Shown here: piece by piece, positions 32,526 through 33,741 of the stretch
Layout: every line of letters starts with the position of its first letter
How positions within the stretch are numbered: position 1 is the stretch's first letter
Origin: Burkholderiales bacterium
GTDB taxonomy: Bacteria; Pseudomonadota; Gammaproteobacteria; Burkholderiales; SG8-41
Length of the DNA: 33,741 nucleotides
Assembly (NCBI GenBank): GCA_005800795.1
Contig: SYEN01000459.1
Span: 1 to 33,741 of the forward strand
Reading direction: 5' to 3'
Notes under the pieces: generated by a model
Databases searched by the model: none
Told to the model about the DNA's origin: nothing
What the model saw: only the letters and a program-made list of their open reading frames with translations
Position numbers and translations under genes: made by a program

Positions 32526-33741
32526 ATGCCAACCAAAACCTCTCTATCTGCAAGCAAGGAAAAAACCGGCTTCGCTGCGTTTATCGACTTGCGCGACTCC
32601 ACCTATGTGTGGAACCTGAATGCCGACATCGCTGAAGAAATCCTGAATGATCTGAATGATGTTACCGTTACGCAAACCAAAATGTGGGACGGCAAAATTG
32701 GCAATTTCACCGGCGATGGTTTTTTGCTGTTGTTCGAGCAGGCAGAGTTTGCGATACGCGGTCTGGCGGCGGTGATCAACGCATGGGAAGAACGCCGTGA
32801 GCACTACCGCACCAAACTGCAGCGCGTCAAAGTTCCGCTGCCGGACGAACAACATTCGTTGAGCTTGCGCACAGGGGTCGCGTTTGGCAATTACCGTAGA
32901 ATTTCCAGCGGAAAACTGAAAGGCAATGTCGCCGGCGAAGCCATCAACCACGCCAGCCGTTGCGAGGGCGCCAGCAAGGCGCACTTTGAAGCCATCATTG
33001 AAAACGCGCCCGCATCGTTGAACTCACATCAACGCGTGTTTATCGCCGCCAGCGTGTACAACCTGATCAGCAAAAAGACGGACTATTGGTATTCCACGCA
33101 ACTAAAGGTTGAGCACAAAGGTTACGAACAATCCACTGGGGGCGGCCCGGTAAAGACCACGGATTTCATCTACGCGTTCTGGCCCAAGGCAGATCAGCTC
33201 CCTGGCGCAACTGCCCAAACTCCCAAGCCCACGCTGCAACGCGTCGCCGCGGCAACTGCCCAAAGTAACGCAGCCGACCGCTTGCTAGAAGCCAAAGGCA
33301 AAATTGCGGTGGGCGACGAACTGAGCGATGCGGCACAAGGCGCGCTGGGCAAAACCGCCCGCGACGTGCTAAGCCGCGCCATAGCAGCCTACCGGGCTGC
33401 ACTCAAGACCATTCACAGCGGCGATGCCCCCTCATACTATGCCAGCACACAAAACAAGCTGGGCAACGCGCTCCGTGATCAGGCCAACCTGCTGGCGGGC
33501 GAAGACCGCGCAAACCGGCTCAAGGAAGCAGTCGAGGCTTATCGCGAGGCGCTGAAGGTCGCCACGCCGGAAGCCGCGCCCGCTGACTACGCCATGACGC
33601 AGAACAATCTGGGCAACGCGCTCCAAAATCAGGCCAACCTGCTGGCGGGCAAAGACCGCGCAAATCGGCTCAACAAAGCGGTCGAAGCTTATCGCGAGGC
33701 GCTAAAGGTCACCACGCTCGAAGCCGCGCCCGCTGACTACG
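32526..33741 (+). CDS. Class III nucleotidyl cyclase-like domain fused to TPR-like repeats (3' end outside window); not in the supplied ORF track
   Basis: My own translation from the ATG at 32526 finds no stop to the window end (405 codons). It begins MPTKTSLSASKEKTGFAAFIDLRDSTYVW...IGNFTGDGFLLLF...LRTGVAFGNY...VAGEAINHASRCEG...HKGYEQ, which is the cyclase homology domain pattern F.D..G.T / GD..m..F / R.G...G / G..VN.AsR.e. It then continues into repeats such as YAMTQNNLGNALQNQANLLAGKDRANRLNKAVEAYREALKV. No plus-strand ORF is listed here, consistent with an ORF finder that requires a stop codon. Confidence 0.75.
   Translation, partial: MPTKTSLSASKEKTGFAAFIDLRDSTYVWNLNADIAEEILNDLNDVTVTQTKMWDGKIGNFTGDGFLLLFEQAEFAIRGLAAVINAWEERREHYRTKLQRVKVPLPDEQHSLSLRTGVAFGNYRRISSGKLKGNVAGEAINHASRCEGASKAHFEAIIENAPASLNSHQRVFIAASVYNLISKKTDYWYSTQLKVEHKGYEQSTGGGPVKTTDFIYAFWPKADQLPGATAQTPKPTLQRVAAATAQSNAADRLLEAKGKIAVGDELSDAAQGALGKTARDVLSRAIAAYRAALKTIHSGDAPSYYASTQNKLGNALRDQANLLAGEDRANRLKEAVEAYREALKVATPEAAPADYAMTQNNLGNALQNQANLLAGKDRANRLNKAVEAYREALKVTTLEAAPADY
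33435..33741 (+). repeat. Tandem near-identical coding repeats of 153 and 150 bp (third unit starts at the window edge)
   Basis: Unit 1 (33435-33587) and unit 2 (33588-33737) differ at only scattered positions. Both encode Y(Y)A.TQN.LGNAL..QANLLAG.DRANRL..AVEAYREALKV.T.EAAPAD. The sequence ends with the TAC that starts the next unit. Confidence 0.8.

Noticed and set aside
32544-32984. 146-aa minus-strand ORF, the only track entry in this region
   Set aside because: It lies antisense to the unlisted plus-strand cyclase-TPR reading frame, which has clear domain signatures. The minus ORF has none.
1-33741. Genomic island, prophage or defence island covering the window
   Set aside because: No integrase, transposase, phage structural genes, tRNA attachment site or obvious compositional shift beyond the short AT-rich motifs. 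Only the decayed TA pair hints at past mobile DNA.

Overview
GC-rich bacterial chromosomal segment. The gene content points to a Burkholderiales-like betaproteobacterium, though that taxon is inference only: five Bug/TctC-type periplasmic binding-protein genes or remnants with no tctAB, four TfdA/TauD dioxygenases, and several amidohydrolases and alpha/beta hydrolases. I saw no rRNA, tRNA, CRISPR array, transposase, integrase or recognisable transcription-factor gene. About 30 protein genes can be supported. Many long ORFs in the track are antisense shadows typical of high-GC DNA, and several listed starts are over-extended; I trimmed those to the ATG with a Shine-Dalgarno and signal peptide. 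Main points: (1) A tight minus-strand run (25571 down to 19165) encodes a Bug binding protein, three tandem divergent PQQ-dehydrogenase paralogues and a small c-type cytochrome. The dehydrogenases lack the vicinal Cys-Cys but carry the D-x-D signature used as the lanthanide marker. (2) A long plus-strand CDS is absent from the ORF track because it runs off the 3' end (32526 to 33741). It has a class III nucleotidyl-cyclase-like domain fused to near-identical TPR-like repeats. (3) A roughly 29-nt AT-rich motif recurs at least 7 times strongly, plus about 5 weaker copies, at gene boundaries in both orientations. (4) There are decay scars: a Bug gene broken by a 2-nt insertion, a Bug 3' fragment, and a vestigial toxin-antitoxin pair at a likely rearrangement junction. 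(5) A 1022-aa secreted VIT-vWA-TPR-DUF2135 protein. (6) A REP/BIME-like perfect 30-bp inverted repeat. All family assignments are by-eye motif recognition from memory. No searches were run.
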